Source: the human T2T-CHM13v2.0 reference genome, Homo sapiens. From it: DNA of 64,000 nt. The notes under the pieces were generated by a model, which was given only the letters and a program-made list of their open reading frames with translations, searched no databases and was not told where the DNA came from. The stretch lies in the NCBI RefSeq assembly GCF_009914755.1, contig NC_060927.1, one strand, 5' to 3'. Position 1 is the stretch's first letter; each line of letters begins with the position of its first letter. The translations under genes and the position numbers were made by a program. Shown here piece after piece: positions 1-17,290 of the stretch.

Positions 1-1080
1 GGACTTCATGTCTAGAACACCAAAAGCAATGGCAACAAAAGCCAAAATAGACAAATGGGATCTAATTAAACTAAAGAGCTTCTGCACAGTAAAAGAAACT
101 ATCATCACAGTGAACAGGCAACCAACAGAATGGGAGAAAATTTTTGCAATCTACCCATCTGACAAATGGCTAATATCCAGAATCCACAAAGAACTCAAAG
201 AAATTTTTACAAGAAAAAAACAAACAATCCCATCAAATAGTAGGCAAATGATATGAACAGACACTTCTCAAAAGAAGACATCTATGATGCCAACAGACAC
301 ATGAAAAAATGCTCATCACCACTGGTCATCAGAGAAATGCAAATCAAATCCACAATGAGATACCATCTCATGCCAGTTAGAATGACAATCATTAAAAAGT
401 CAGGAAACAGCAGATGCTAGAGAGGATGTGGAGAAATAGGAATGCTTTTACACTGTCAGTGGGAGTGTAAATTAGTTCAACCATTGTGGAAGACAGTGTG
501 GCAATTCCTCAAAGAACTAGAACTAGAATTACCATTTGACTGAGTAATCCCATTACTGGGTATACCCCAGGGATTATAAATGATGCTACTAGAAAGACAC
601 ATGCACATGTATGTTTATTGCAGCACTATTCACAACAGCAAAGACTTGGAACCAACCCAAATGTCCATGAATGATAGACTGGATTAAGAAAATGTGGCAC
701 ATATACACCACGGAATACTATGCAGCCATAAAAAAGGATAAGTGCATGTCCTATGTAGGGACATGGATGAAGCTGGAAACCATCACTCTCAGTAAACTAT
801 CACAAGGACAGAAAACCAAACACCGCATGTTCTCACTCATAGGTGGGAATTGAACAATGAGATCACTTGGACACAGGGCGGGGAACATCACTCACCAGGG
901 CCTGTTGGGGGATGGGGGCCTGGGGGAGGGATAGCATTAGGAGAAATCCCTAATGTAAATGATTAGTTGATGGGTGCAGCAAACCAACATGGCACATGTA
1001 TACCTATGTATCAAACTTGCACATTGTGCACATGTACCCTAGATCTTAAAGTATAATAACAAATAAAATTAATAAATAAA
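1..1080 (+). mobile_element. L1PA (approx. PA5-PA8) 3' end: ORF2 C-terminus, 3' UTR and A-rich tail; continues off the left edge
   Basis: ORFs 8..256 and 671..853 translate to the L1 ORF2 C-terminus ([16 protein letters not shown]...HRMFSLIGGN); G-rich 3' UTR followed by aataaa-rich tail. Confidence 0.95.
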
Positions 1081-1137
1081 TAATCAAATGAGTTAATTCC
1101 ATTCTTTACCCTCAGTCTTCCTTGATTTCTTCCATCC

Positions 1138-1678
1138 TGTTTTATTAATCAAACTAACCCTATCATCTGACCAAAGCAGCCTTAATATTCTCTTTAGCTT
1201 GTCTGAACTTTGTAGAGGGGTTTTTTTTGTTCCTGATTATAGGTCCCTGATCTGCTTTTTTAGAGCATCTACTTCACAAAACTTGTAATTATTAATTCTA
1301 CCTCTGCTTCTTTGAAATGTAAATCTTCTCCCAGACTCTTGACAATTTTACAACACAGAAATGTCTTTCTGAAGGACTTTCGTCAAGCCATTCCTTTGAA
1401 ACGCAATGATCAAGAAAGATAATACCCATCTCCTAGTCTCAGTAGGAGGGTAGGAACCTAATTTCAATAAAGTATAATTAGCAAACACAGCCTAAACACA
1501 TTGATCAACCTCCCATTAAAATTTTCCAGTATTTTTCTACCAGATCACCTATTGCTTAAAACCCTCCTGTCTTTTGTTTCCACAGAGTTGAGTTCAATCT
1601 CTCCTCTCTATTGCAATAGTCTTGAATAAAATCTTCCTTGCCTCTGAACTCTCTCTGATAAAATTTGTATTTGATACA
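1138..1678 (+). mobile_element. ERV1 solo LTR, MER31/MER67-like
   Basis: 3' end ctattgcaatagtcttgaataaaatcttccttgcc...tgataca resembles the recalled MER31/MER67 R/U5 end; contains a polyA signal. Confidence 0.55.
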
Positions 1679-3086
1679 TCCCTCTTGTAAATTTCCATTG
1701 TGGGTGACTATTTTCCTCTTGTTGGCTGATACGGGAATAGGCAGATATATTGAGGGACTACAGATTGGATCTAGTGTATTGAATCTAGTGTATTTTTTAA
1801 ATTGGATCTAGTGTATTCAAACTCCAAAAGATAGTTCATTTATTATTTAGTCCTTTCTGCGTATGTGGTCAAACAGGTTTTGAATGATTTCTGCCTGTAT
1901 CATGGGCATAGTGGCTCTTTCTTATCTTCTACTTAGACTTTTGACAGCTTTACAGAAGTCCATATGGCCACCAGATTTTGCCAACAAATTTGTGCTGCAC
2001 CATGGGTAGCATGGTTTACCTTTTCTCTTCTACTTATCTATTTAATGCTTTAAATCTGGGTCATCTACTGTGGTAAAGTGGTTGCCATATGGACTCCCTT
2101 CTGGAGGTACCACATTTAAAAAATAATTTTATATAAAATTAAGGAAGGGACAGAAAGTTTCTTATCTTCATTTAGCAGACGAGGCTGCAGTAAAGATAAC
2201 CTAAGAGACTTGGTCAAGGTAGAGCAAAGATTAGCATCATGTGTCCTATTCTGGATCTTTAAACAAAGTAATTTTCTGTCCCCTCTGATAGAGTTGCTAC
2301 AGAGGAGAGAGCTCCTTCAGCATAACATGCTTTCAGGAGAAAATTTGTTCAAACTCCCTTCAGGAAAAACAAATTTCCCAGACTGATGGTAAATACTATA
2401 ACGGCATTGATGTAATTGACTGATTTTTTAATTCTAATATATAAACTTTAAAATACTGAAAATCAAGGTACTTTTGAAATGAATCCATCATTTGTTTAAT
2501 CTTTAATAAAGACTAATAAATACACAGTGGAAGAAAAATAACACAAAATTGTCTGAAAACTACAGAGGTCTCTATTGCTCTTACTTTGTTTTTAATTGCA
2601 AACAGAACAGGAATAAACAAATGCAAATTTGGACATTAGAACATGTCCAACTATAGAAACATGAAATAAATAAATGAACTCCGTACAAAAAACAGGCTGA
2701 AAATGGTTTACATGATAAATGATATGCTAAAGAAATAAGGACAAAAATCATTCTGTAGCTGTGTATTAGTGAGAGTTAATTTTCTCTGTAAGATCAGAGG
2801 AAGAAAACAGTGGATCTTCAAAGTTAACATCCCTTCTTTTTTAATTTTCTCTTTAGATTATCCTCGATACTTGGATAATGTCCATATATGGTGAGTTTGT
2901 TAAATAATATGCTTTCCTCATCTCTGGAAAAACTACATAATGAATCTTTATTCTGATACTGCTGTCATTAGGTGTATTATCTTTCTTGTGCTTAACCTAT
3001 AGATGAACACTTTTCCACCCCTTTTGTTTTGTTTTCTTGTGGATTCTCCTTTACATATATTTTGAATAGGTAATGCAGTCATAAAT

Positions 3087-3582
3087 ATGGTGAATGATTG
3101 CTTAGGATACTAATCATTTCCTCCTCCACGTGATTGAGAGTAGAACTACATTTCTCCTCCCAACAGGTGCTGATTTTGGCCATGTAACTTTATTTTATGT
3201 TATGGTGAGTAGATTAAATCTCTGAAATTTTAGGCTTTGTCATGTCACTTGCTTTAATCAAATAAATATTTACTGGTGTGACACAAGCAAACACCTGAAG
3301 CTTACTGGCACGATGAGGTATTGATTCATGTTTCTGGCATCACCACAGGCAGATAATGTGCTGGCTAGCCTGGCTGTCTACGAAAAATAAAAAAAAAAAA
3401 ACACGGGGAATATACTTAAACCCAACCTGAATCTTGGACTCAAGCCTAACTCTGCCCAGCTTAGATCAATTGAACTGCAGCCAAACCAGAGGTACCTGAA
3501 ATAGAATAAATGATCATTGATTTAAGCCATTAAATTTAGGAGTGGTTTGTTATTCAGCCTTATGTGTAGCTAACCACTAGAC
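3087..3582 (+). mobile_element. Old MaLR LTR (MLT1 family)
   Basis: ggccatgtaact / gtcatgtcacttgcttt motifs and the typical 3' end aataaatgatcattgatttaagccattaaatttaggagtggtttgtta. Confidence 0.65.
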
Positions 3583-4039
3583 AACAGTGTACACGTTCAA
3601 AATATATAGTAAAAGAAATTATTATTCTTCCTCCTTTTCTAACCAACCACATTTTTGCCCAGAATGAAATATATTTTATATATATATAAAATCAATTGCT
3701 TAAATATTCTTCAAAACATGCATACACAAGTAAACATATATTTACAAACAGACATAAATCCATCTCAAAAAAGATCATATATCACACATACAATTCTGTT
3801 TCATTTTTTTCACTTAATTTGCCTTCAGAATACTTCTATATTGGTATGAAAATATCTGCCTCATTCTTTGTAATGCCTCAATTACATTCCCTTTATAAAA
3901 CTGTCATAACATGTTAAAGTAGCCTTCATTTTTAGACATTATAGATTCTTCCTGAACTTTTCACTCTCCTCCATTTTGAAGAATCTTCATGCTATTATGA
4001 GTACTTGATTTGAAAGTTTTATCTCCTATTATTACTTTT

Positions 4040-4235
4040 TCAATAGCAGTTAAAGTTAGTACATGTTTATCATTTAGCAAGGGCTGCTTAACTACACTAT
4101 CTCATTTAATCTTCACACTAATCTTGTCAGACAAATATAACCATAACATCACAATTTTACTGAAGTTGAAAAAGTTAAGAGTTCACCCCACTCACAGATG
4201 ATATGACTGAGCTTTCAAATTCAGGCTCTCCATTT
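4040..4235 (-). mobile_element. MIR SINE relic
   Basis: tatctcatttaatcttcac...aattttactga MIR core. Confidence 0.5.
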
Positions 4236-4519
4236 TACAATATTGATTGACCCATTATAGATGTGTTGAAAATGCACAGGTTTCAATGCTTGCTAACCCA
4301 AATTGTATTATTTCATGTCAAATAAAGGAACATTCTCTTTCTACAGATGGGGCAGAAGTAGAGATTAAATAGAGAAATAATAAAATATTATGCATTCATT
4401 TACTCAATACCTATTTATTGCACATTTAGTACCTACAAAGCACTGTACTATGCAATGTAGCTAGCCTAGAATACATATTTGAAAATAAACACAAATTTTA
4501 TGTTTATTCGTGTGTAAAA

Positions 4520-5045
4520 TGTAACAGAATATGGCACCCCAAAATACACTACTTTGGCATAAGATTTATTTTGAGCTACAGGCAATTAAGATGAAGCTGA
4601 TACAGAAAAAACTTTTCTGCCTTCCCCTTTGTGCCAAAAGCAATACATAAATTTGTAAAGGTATCTTCTCATCACTCTCTACCAGGAAAGATGAAGTTAA
4701 TCACTAGAGGCAACTCTAGATGCTTATCAGCCAAAAGATGGCATACAGAGGATTATATAGAGGAATCTATTTAACAAACCTTACTAACCAGCCCTTGTCT
4801 AACATTGGCTCTCCAAAATATTTACCTTCCCACAATTTGCCACATCTAGAAGCTCCAAGTCATCTTCTTTTTCTTGTCATTTTTGTACAAATTATTGTTC
4901 TCTGCTAAAATGCTATATAAGCTCAAGTTCTAACCATGCCATGAAGTTACTCATCACTGAATGTCCTCATGTATATGCACAATGTATGTGTTAATAAACT
5001 TTTGTCTGTTTTTCTCCTGTTATTATCTTTTTGGCCAATCTAATT
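4520..5045 (+). mobile_element. MER34/MER39-like ERV1 LTR, 5' part (rest at 16771-16843)
   Basis: Starts tgtaacagaatatggcaccccaaaatacactactttggcataagatttattttgagct; has tatataa and aataaa; cut off by the L1 tail. Confidence 0.75.
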
Positions 5046-6326
5046 TAAAAAAATTTTAATTGATACATGATTGTACATACTTATGGAATACAATGACATT
5101 TTGATACATGTATACAATGTGTAATGAGCAAACTAGGGTATGTAGGATATCCATCACCTCAAGCATTTACCATATATTTGGGTTGAGAAAAATTCAAATT
5201 TTCTCTTATACCTATATTGAAATATAAAATAAATTGTTGTTAACTATAGTCACAGTACTGTACTTTTGAACACTAGAACATATTCCCTCTGTCTGGTTGT
5301 ATGTTTGTGCACATTATGTACCCGCTCTTCATTCTCCCTGGCCCTACTCAGCCACTGGAAGCTCTTCTACTCCACTTCCATGGGATCAAATATTTAGCTC
5401 CTATATACATGAGTGAGAATATATGATATTTGTCTTTCTGTACTTGGGTTAACTCACTTAATAATATGACTTCCAGTTCCATTCATATTGTGGCAAATGA
5501 TTGGATTTTATTCTTTTTAATGGCTGAATAGTATGTAATTGTGCACATATGCCACATTTTATTTATCCATTTAACTGGTAATGGACATAAGTTGATTCTA
5601 TACCTTGGCTATTGTGAATAATGCTGCAATAAATATGGAGGTACAGGTAACCTTTTGATTTACTAATTCTGTTCCTTTGGAGAAATACCCAGTACTGAGA
5701 TTGCTGGAAGATATAATTGTTTACTTTTAGTTTTTTGAGAAACCTCCAAACTTTTCTTCATAATGTCTGTACTAATTCTCATTCTCACCAACAATGTATG
5801 AGTTCCCTTTACTTGATATTCTTGGCAACATTTGCTATTGTCTGTCTTTTTGGTAATAGTCATTTTAACTGGAGAGAGATGATATCTCATTAGGGTTTTG
5901 TTTTGCATTTCCATGATGGTTAGTGATACTGAGCATTTTTTTATATATATTTTGGCCATTTGTACATCTTCTGAAAAATGTGTATTCACATGGGCTTTGT
6001 CCAATTTTTGGAATTTTTTTTCTATTCAATTGTCTCTATTCTTTGTATATTTTGGATATTAGTCCCTTATTGAATGGATAGCTTGCAAATACTTTCACCC
6101 ATTCAACAAGTTGTCTCTTTCCTCTGCTGACTGTCACTTTTGATATGAAGAACCTTTTTAATTTGCTTATTTTTTTCAGTTGACTCTGTTTTTGAGATCT
6201 TACTAAAAAACATCTTCACCCAGATCAATGTTCTGAAGTGTTTTTCCACAGTTTTCTTCCAGTAGTTTCATGGTTTGAGGTCTGATATTTTGAGTTGATT
6301 TTTGCATATAGTGAGAGATAAGGGAC

Positions 6327-7200
6327 TATTGTGGGATCTGGCCAGCAGCCCGCAATGCAACGGGACTCTTTCTTTGTTCCCAGGTGGATCAGCAGGTCGA
6401 GAAATAAAAGACAAACACAAAATAGTGAAAACTGGGTCCAGGGGTGTCATCGTCTTCTGGTCCTGTGATGCTGCCAATGCACTGGATATGCCAGCATTTA
6501 TTATTAAGTTTAGTGAGGGCGGGGGTAAGTTAGTGAGGGATTTAGTGTTGTTTGATTATGAGGTGAAATGGTCACATGGGGATGAAGTAATTCTTTAACA
6601 TAACATCTGTATGCAGAAGTACAGTATACAGAGATAAGAATTTACAATAGAGCGTGTGCATCAGTAATTTCTAACAGAGCCTTAAAACAGAAACACAGTC
6701 TTTCCATAACCTATGATTAGCAAGATATTAATCAGCAGTAACAGTGCAGCAAAAGCTGGTTACAAACAATCCATAGAAACAAGACATAAAGCTAGACAAC
6801 TGGTTAGACCAGAAATTCTCAGAAGGGTGTATGCCTTAACCCTAAGGAGGCCTAGAAGAGCTGTGGCAAGATGATGGCATTTATAGCCCTATCTTATCCA
6901 TATGAACAGGCACCCCTCATGCATCCATTTATAGGCTCTCCACAAGGGTCTCATTCCATTCCCAGAGCTATGAATATCTGCTTTTCTGGGATAGGAATCT
7001 TGGTGATGTGAAACCTCCCCGACTGCATGTTCATTCATAGGCTCTTTTCAGGGGAAAGCACATCATACGCTGTTGGCTCATTCTGGCAGTCCAACCTGGC
7101 ATTGTCTTTACACAATCTTGCATACAATTTTGTACTTACAATAATCAGGAGCATTTCATCTTCCACTCCGTAGCAATAGTTTCAGGGGGGTCTCCCTACA
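6327..7200 (-). mobile_element. HERV-K-class solo LTR, MER11D-like
   Basis: Reverse strand begins tgtagggagacccccctgaaactattgctacgg; ~874 bp; perfect 6-bp TSD agggac at 6321-6326 and 7201-7206. Confidence 0.8.
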
Positions 7201-8658
7201 AGGGACTTGTTTTATTCTTCTGCATATGGATATCCAATTTTCCCTGTACCATTTATTGAAGACACAGTCCTTTTCCCAATGTATATTCTTGGCTCCTTTG
7301 CTGAAAATGCATTGTCTGTAAATGTGTGGATTTATTTCTGGGTGCTCTTTCTAATCCATTGGTCTATGTATCTGTTTTTTTGTTTTGTTTTGTTTTGTTT
7401 CGTTTTTGTTTGTTTTTTGGCCAGCACTATACTATTTTGGTTACCATGGCTTTGTAATATGAAGTTACATAGTGTTATGCCTCCAATGTTGTTCATTTTT
7501 GGCAGAATTACTTTGGCTACTAAGGGTATTTTATGGTATCATATGTATTGCAGGATTGTTTTTTCTAATTCTGTGAAAATAACTACAGTTTGGTGGTTTT
7601 CTGTAGTGGTAACTTTTGACACCTTTCTCTTTCTCATTTGTGTGTCTGCTCTACCAATGAGTTTTATATTTTCTCCTTTTTTCATGATGGTAGATTTGTG
7701 GTTTGGCTTCCAGATGTAGGAATTCCTTATGAATTTCTTGTATGGTTGTTTTAGAGGTGATGAATTCCCTCTTTTTTATTATTGTCTGGTAAAGATTTTA
7801 TTTCTCCTTTATTTTTGAAGGATAGCTTTTCTGTGTATGGTATTCTTGATTGACAATTTTTTTTTTCTTTCAGCACTTTGAAATACAGCATTCCATTTTC
7901 TCCTGCACTGTAAGTTTTCTGCTGATAAATCTGTTGGTACTTTATTAGTGATTTTCTTATAGGTGACTTGACATTTTGCTGTTTTTAATTCTATAGCTGG
8001 ATGTCTATAATCTCTTAAAAGATTTAGGAAGTTTTCAGCTATTATTTTATGAAATAGGTTTGCTATGCTTTTGCCAATCTCTTCTCCTTCTGGAATTCCC
8101 TAAATTCAAATATTTGGTCATTTTATGGTGTCTCACAAGTCACATAGGCTTTTGTTATTATTTTTTTCCTGAATGCTTTTGTTTGTTTCTTTGTTTTTCT
8201 GCTGAGTTATTTCAAATTCAGAAGTCCTTTCTCCTGCTTGATCTGGTTCATTGTTGAAGCTCTGGATTATATTTTTATTTCATTCATTGAATTCTTCAGT
8301 TCCAGGATTTCTGTGTGGTTATTATTTTATCACATCTATCTCTTTCTTGAATTACTTATTCAGATAATCAAGTGTTTCCCTGACATCTTTGTATTATGTA
8401 TTTGTTTTTTTCTTATATCTCACTGTCTTTGTTTTTTTTATTTTTTAAATTTTTTATTATATTTTAAGTTCTAGGGTACATGTGCACAATGTGGATGTTT
8501 GTTACATAGGTATACATGTGCCACTTTGGTTTGCTGCACCCATCAACTTGTCATTTACATTAGGTAATTCTCCTAATGCTATCCTTCCCCCAGGCCTCCA
8601 CCCCTGACTGGCCCTGGTGTGTGATGTTCCCCGCCCTGTGTCCATGTGTTCTCATTGT

Positions 8659-12497
<3,839 letters not shown>

Positions 12498-12559
12498 TAT
12501 GATGTTAGCCGGTTATTTTGCCCATTAATTGATGCAGTTTCTTCATAGTGTTGATGCTC

Positions 12560-13576
12560 TACACAATTTGACATTTTTTTTGCAGTGGCCGGTACCAGTT
12601 TTTTCTTTTTCAGATTTAGTGCTTCCTTCAGGAGCTCTTGTAAGGCAGGCCTGGTGGTGACAAAATTTCTCGGCGTTTGCTTGTCTGTAAAGGATTTTAT
12701 TTCTCCTTCACTTATGAAGCTTTGTTTGGCTGGATATGAGATTCTGTGTTGAAAATTCTTTTCTTTAAGAATGTCGAATATTGGCCCCCACTCTCTTCTG
12801 GCTTGTAGGGTTTCCACTGTTAGTCTGATGGGCTTCCCTTTGTGGGTAACCCGACCTTTCTCTCTGGCCGCCCTTAACATTTTTTCCTTCGTTTCAACCT
12901 TGGTGAATCTGACAATTATGTGTCTTGGGGTTGCCCTTCTTCAGGAGTACCTTTGTGGTGTTCTCTGTATTTCCTGAATTTGAATGTTGGCCTGCCTTGC
13001 TAGGTTAGGGGAGTTCTCCTGGATAGTATCCTGAAGAGTGTTTTCTAACTTGGTTCCATTCTCCCCATCACTTTCTGGTATACCAATCAAACATATATTT
13101 GGTCTTTTCACATAGTCCCATATTTCTTGGAGGCTTTGTTTATTTCTTTTCACTCTTTTGTCTCTAATCTTGTCTTCTCATTTTATTTCATTAATTTGTT
13201 CTTCAATCATTGTCATCCTTTCTTCTACTTGATCAAATTGGCTATTGAAGCTTGTGCACGCATCATGAAGTTCTCATGCCATGGTTTTCAGCTCCATCAG
13301 GTCATTTAAGGTCTTCTCTACCCTGTTTATTCTATTTCGCCATTCTTCTAACCTTTTCTTCAAGGTTTTTGGCTTCCTTGCCATGGGTTTGAACATGCTC
13401 CTTTATCTCGGAGAAGTTTGTTATTATCAACCTTCTGAAGCCTACTTCCGTCAACTCGTCAAACTCATTCTCCATCCAGTCTTGTTCCCTTGCTGACCAG
13501 GAGCTGCAATCCTTTGGAGGAGAAGAGGTGCTCGTTTTTTGGAATTTTCAGCTTTTCTGCTCTGGTTTCTCACCAT
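12560..13576 (-). pseudogene. L1 ORF1 (RNA-binding protein), fragmented
   Basis: ORF pieces 12941..13153 (LQEIWDYVKRPN) and 12497..12880 (LRAAREKGRVTHKGKPIRLT); ATG at 13576. Confidence 0.9.
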
Positions 13577-16500
13577 CTTTGTGGTTTTATCTACCTTTGG
13601 TCTTTGATGTTGGTGACCTACAGATGGGGTTTTGGTGTGGATGTCCTTTTTGTTGATGTTGATGCTATTCCTTTCTGTTTGTTAGTTTTCCTTCTAACAG
13701 TCAGACCCCTCAGCTGCAGGTTTATTGGAGTTTGCTGGAGGTATATGCCAAACCCTATTTGCCTGGGTATCACCAGCAGAGGCTGCAGACGAGCAAATAT
13801 TGCTGCCTGATCCTTCCTCTGGAAGCTTCGTCCCAGAGGTGCATCTGCCTGTTTGAGGTGTCTGTCGACCCCTACTGGGAGGTGTTTCCCAGTCAGTCTA
13901 TATGGGGATCATGGACCTACTTGAGGAGGTAGTCTGTCCACTCTCGGAGCTCGAACGCAGTGCTGAGAGAACCACTGCTCTCTTCAGAGCTGTCAGACAG
14001 GGACGTTTAAGTCTGCAGAAGCTGTCGGCTGCCTTTTGTTTTACTATGCCCTGCCCCCAGAGGTGGAATCTATAGAGGCAGTAGGCCTTGCTGAGCTGCA
14101 GTTGGCTCTGCCCAGTTCATGCTTCCAGGCCTCTTTGTTTACACCTTGAGCTACTCAAGCCTCAGCAATGGCAGACACCCCTTCCTCCATCCAGCTGCAA
14201 CATGGCAGGTGGATCTCAGACTTCTGCACTAGCGGTGAGCAAGGCTCCGTGGGCATGGGATGGGACCCACTGAGCCAGGCATGGGAGGGTATCTCCTGGT
14301 CTGCTGGTTGCTAAGACTGTGGGAATAGCACAGTATTTGGTCAGGCGTGAACTGTTTCTCCAGATACAGTCAGTCACGGCTTCCCTTGGCTAGGAAAGGG
14401 AAATCTCCTGACCCCTTGCACTTCCCAGGTGAGGCAATGCCCCGCCCTGCTTCAACTCACCCTCCGTGGGTTGCACCCACTGTCCAACCAGTCTGAGTGA
14501 GATGAACCAGGTACCTCAGTTGGAAATGAAGAAATCACCCATCTTCTGCGTCGATCTCGCTGGGAGCTGCAAACTGGAGCTGTTCATATTCGGCCATCTT
14601 GGAAGTGACTCCCTCACTATCTTTAATAGCATTGTTTTGAATTCTTTTACAACTGTTTCATAGATTTCCTTTGCATGAGAAACTTGCTAGAGAATGATTG
14701 TTTTCCTTTTGAGGCATCACATTTTCTTTCTTTTTCATTTTTTTGTGTTTTTATATTCATATCTACAAATCTGTTGTAACAATCACTTCTTCCAATTTTA
14801 TGGATTGGCTTTCCTTGAGAAAGACATTTTCCTGTTGATGTGTTTTGATTGGGTAGGATGCTTTGGTTTGATTCTGGGTGGAAATAGTAATGTAGTCTCC
14901 TTATGATTTCTTTGGCTGTAATTAGTGTCAGTGTGTTTGTGAGCTCTTCAGTGGCTTAGGTTTCAGTTATTAGAAGGCTCTGGTGAAGGTTTGCTGGGGA
15001 TGGGTACACTAAGTAGGCTGGTCCTTGGGCATCTGTGGTGGAGGTGGAAGGCCTCTCTTGCTGGTCCTTGGGCTCTTGTGCTGCATACATAAGCACCAGT
15101 GATGGTGGTTTGGGCAGGCTGATCTTTGGGCCGCCCAGGTCACTTGCTTAAGTGTTGGCAGTGGCAGTGGTGGGATAAGTGGTCAGGTGGGTTCTTAAGT
15201 CACTGGATGGCATGGGTTGCATGGGCAAAGGGAGTTATGGTTTTCAGGCCAACCCTTGGGCCCTTGAGTGGTATATGCATGCACAGTGGTGGCAGTGGCA
15301 AGCTAAGCAAAACCAATTCCCAGGCTACCAGATGACACCTTCACATGGATGCCAGTGAAGGTGACAGAAGCAATCTGGATAGGCCTCTCCTCACTCAGAG
15401 GGCACCTGTGGGTGCCAGCAGTCACCAGTAGGGAAGACCTATCTTCAGGGTCCTACAGTGGTATACACAGCACCAGAGGCAGTGATATAGGGTAGTTTGA
15501 TCCCCAGGCTCCTGGACAACACACACAGGCACTGGCAGGGGTTGCACTAGGCAAAATTGAGCCTGTCCTCAGTTACTCTGGTCATGTGCATGGGTACAGG
15601 CTGAATCTGGTAGGATGGGTCAATCCCCAGACCCCCAGACAGTGCATTTTTGCCTGGGGATAGTGGCGGGTGGGGCAGACCTCTCCTTAGACCCCCAGAC
15701 AATCAGCACGGGTAACTGTGGGGGCAGGTATGGTGGGTCGTTCCCCAGGCCCCCAGATGGTGCAAGTAGGTGCACTGATGGCAGTGGGCAGGGCCACCCT
15801 GTCCTCAGGTCCCCAGGCCATGCACATGGGCACAGCACAAAAGTGGTGGTGGGCAGCAGTGGTGCTGGGGAGAACAGTCCTCTAGCCAGCCCCCTTGATG
15901 ACAGTGGCAGTGGTGGTGGGCTGGTTGGGTCAATACTAGGCTGCAGGAAGATGTCCAGATGGACCACCATCCAGACCCCCCAAAGTTACATGCAGGTAGA
16001 TGGCCCCGCTGCTGGAGGATGGCTGCTATCCGTGGCAACGGCCCATGGAAGGCAGTTCTCAGGCTCTGAGTAGCATGTTCTCCAGCTCCCTTTGTCTTAG
16101 GGCAACCTCTTTGGTGTGGTGTGCCACCTGTTCCTCACTGCATGGGCTACAGTGCTAGGGATCTGGTGAATGGGTCAAATCACTGGATCCAATCAGCATT
16201 ATGATAGATCAGCCCTTTGCATGGATGTGAGGAAATGCCAGTGAAGCTCCAGAGATGTGGAGATGCAGAGGCTTCTCGGAGCCAGTGCAGGATGTAACCT
16301 GCTGGGGTCAGGGCTTTCAAATTGGCACCATGCTACAACTGCTTGGATCTTGGGGTGGTGGGGAGTGGAACCCAGTATGAACTGCCTCTCTGAAACAACG
16401 CCTTTGAGTGGATTCCAGGCAATTCCCAAGGTTAGTCTCAGGGCTCGCAAAGGACAAGAAGCTCTCCTGTGGCTAGGATTGCAAGAGTCAGCAGTGGCAA

Positions 16501-16770
16501 TGTTGACAACTGGGGATCTTTTGCTTATTTTTTTCCTTACACCAGGGAGTTTTTCCTAGTTCCATGCTGGTTCCAAATGGGTTGGCTGCTTTGCTTCTCT
16601 TTATTTCCATCCCTGAGAGGTTCTTCATCACTCCTTTGCTAAATTCCAGAGTTCTCTTTTAGAGACTACATTTAATGTATGATAATCCAGCCAGGCAATA
16701 CTTTTGGTCTTCCTTCTGGACGAGGCGAGTGCTGTGCACATAGTCAGCCATATTGCTGCTCCCTCAACCT

Positions 16771-16843
16771 GTCAATCAAATGTGCAAGACCCAGACATTG
16801 AACCAAAGATAGGTAGAGGAAAAATTTTGTTTCCTCCCTTAAA
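16771..16843 (+). mobile_element. 3' terminus of the MER34-like LTR begun at 4520
   Basis: tgaaccaaagataggtagaggaaaaattttgtttcctccct matches the recalled MER34 U5 end. Confidence 0.65.
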
Positions 16844-17069
16844 TGTATCCATTCCATCTCTTTGCTGTTAGTTCCAAAAGTGATGTTCAATATAAGTTTA
16901 AATTGAAAAGAAAAGCCATTAGATCATTTGGCTAATGGACTTGGAAACTTCAGTAAAGCAAAAGAACATAGTTTTCCACAGTGATGAAAGATTCATAAAA
17001 CGGTTGTAACTTTCAGAGAGAGGGAGAAGACATTTTTTTAAAAATAAATCACATGGGATGTCATAAATA

Positions 17070-17290
17070 ATAATAACGAGTTATCATTTGTTGAGTGCCG
17101 ACTCTGTGCCAAGTGATGTATATGAATTTATTAAATATTAATAATGTTATGATACTGTTTTTATAATTGAGATTTTACAGTTAATAAAAATGAAGTTCAG
17201 AAACCTTGTTTGTATTTTCCAAGGTTACTCAATAAAGGAAAGAACCCAGATTTGATCCTTTATCTGGCAGATTCAAAGTCCTTGCTTTTA
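17070..17290 (-). mobile_element. MIR SINE
   Basis: atcatttgttgagtgccgactctgtgccaag...attttacag...ccaaggttac...ggcagattcaaagtcc. Confidence 0.7.
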
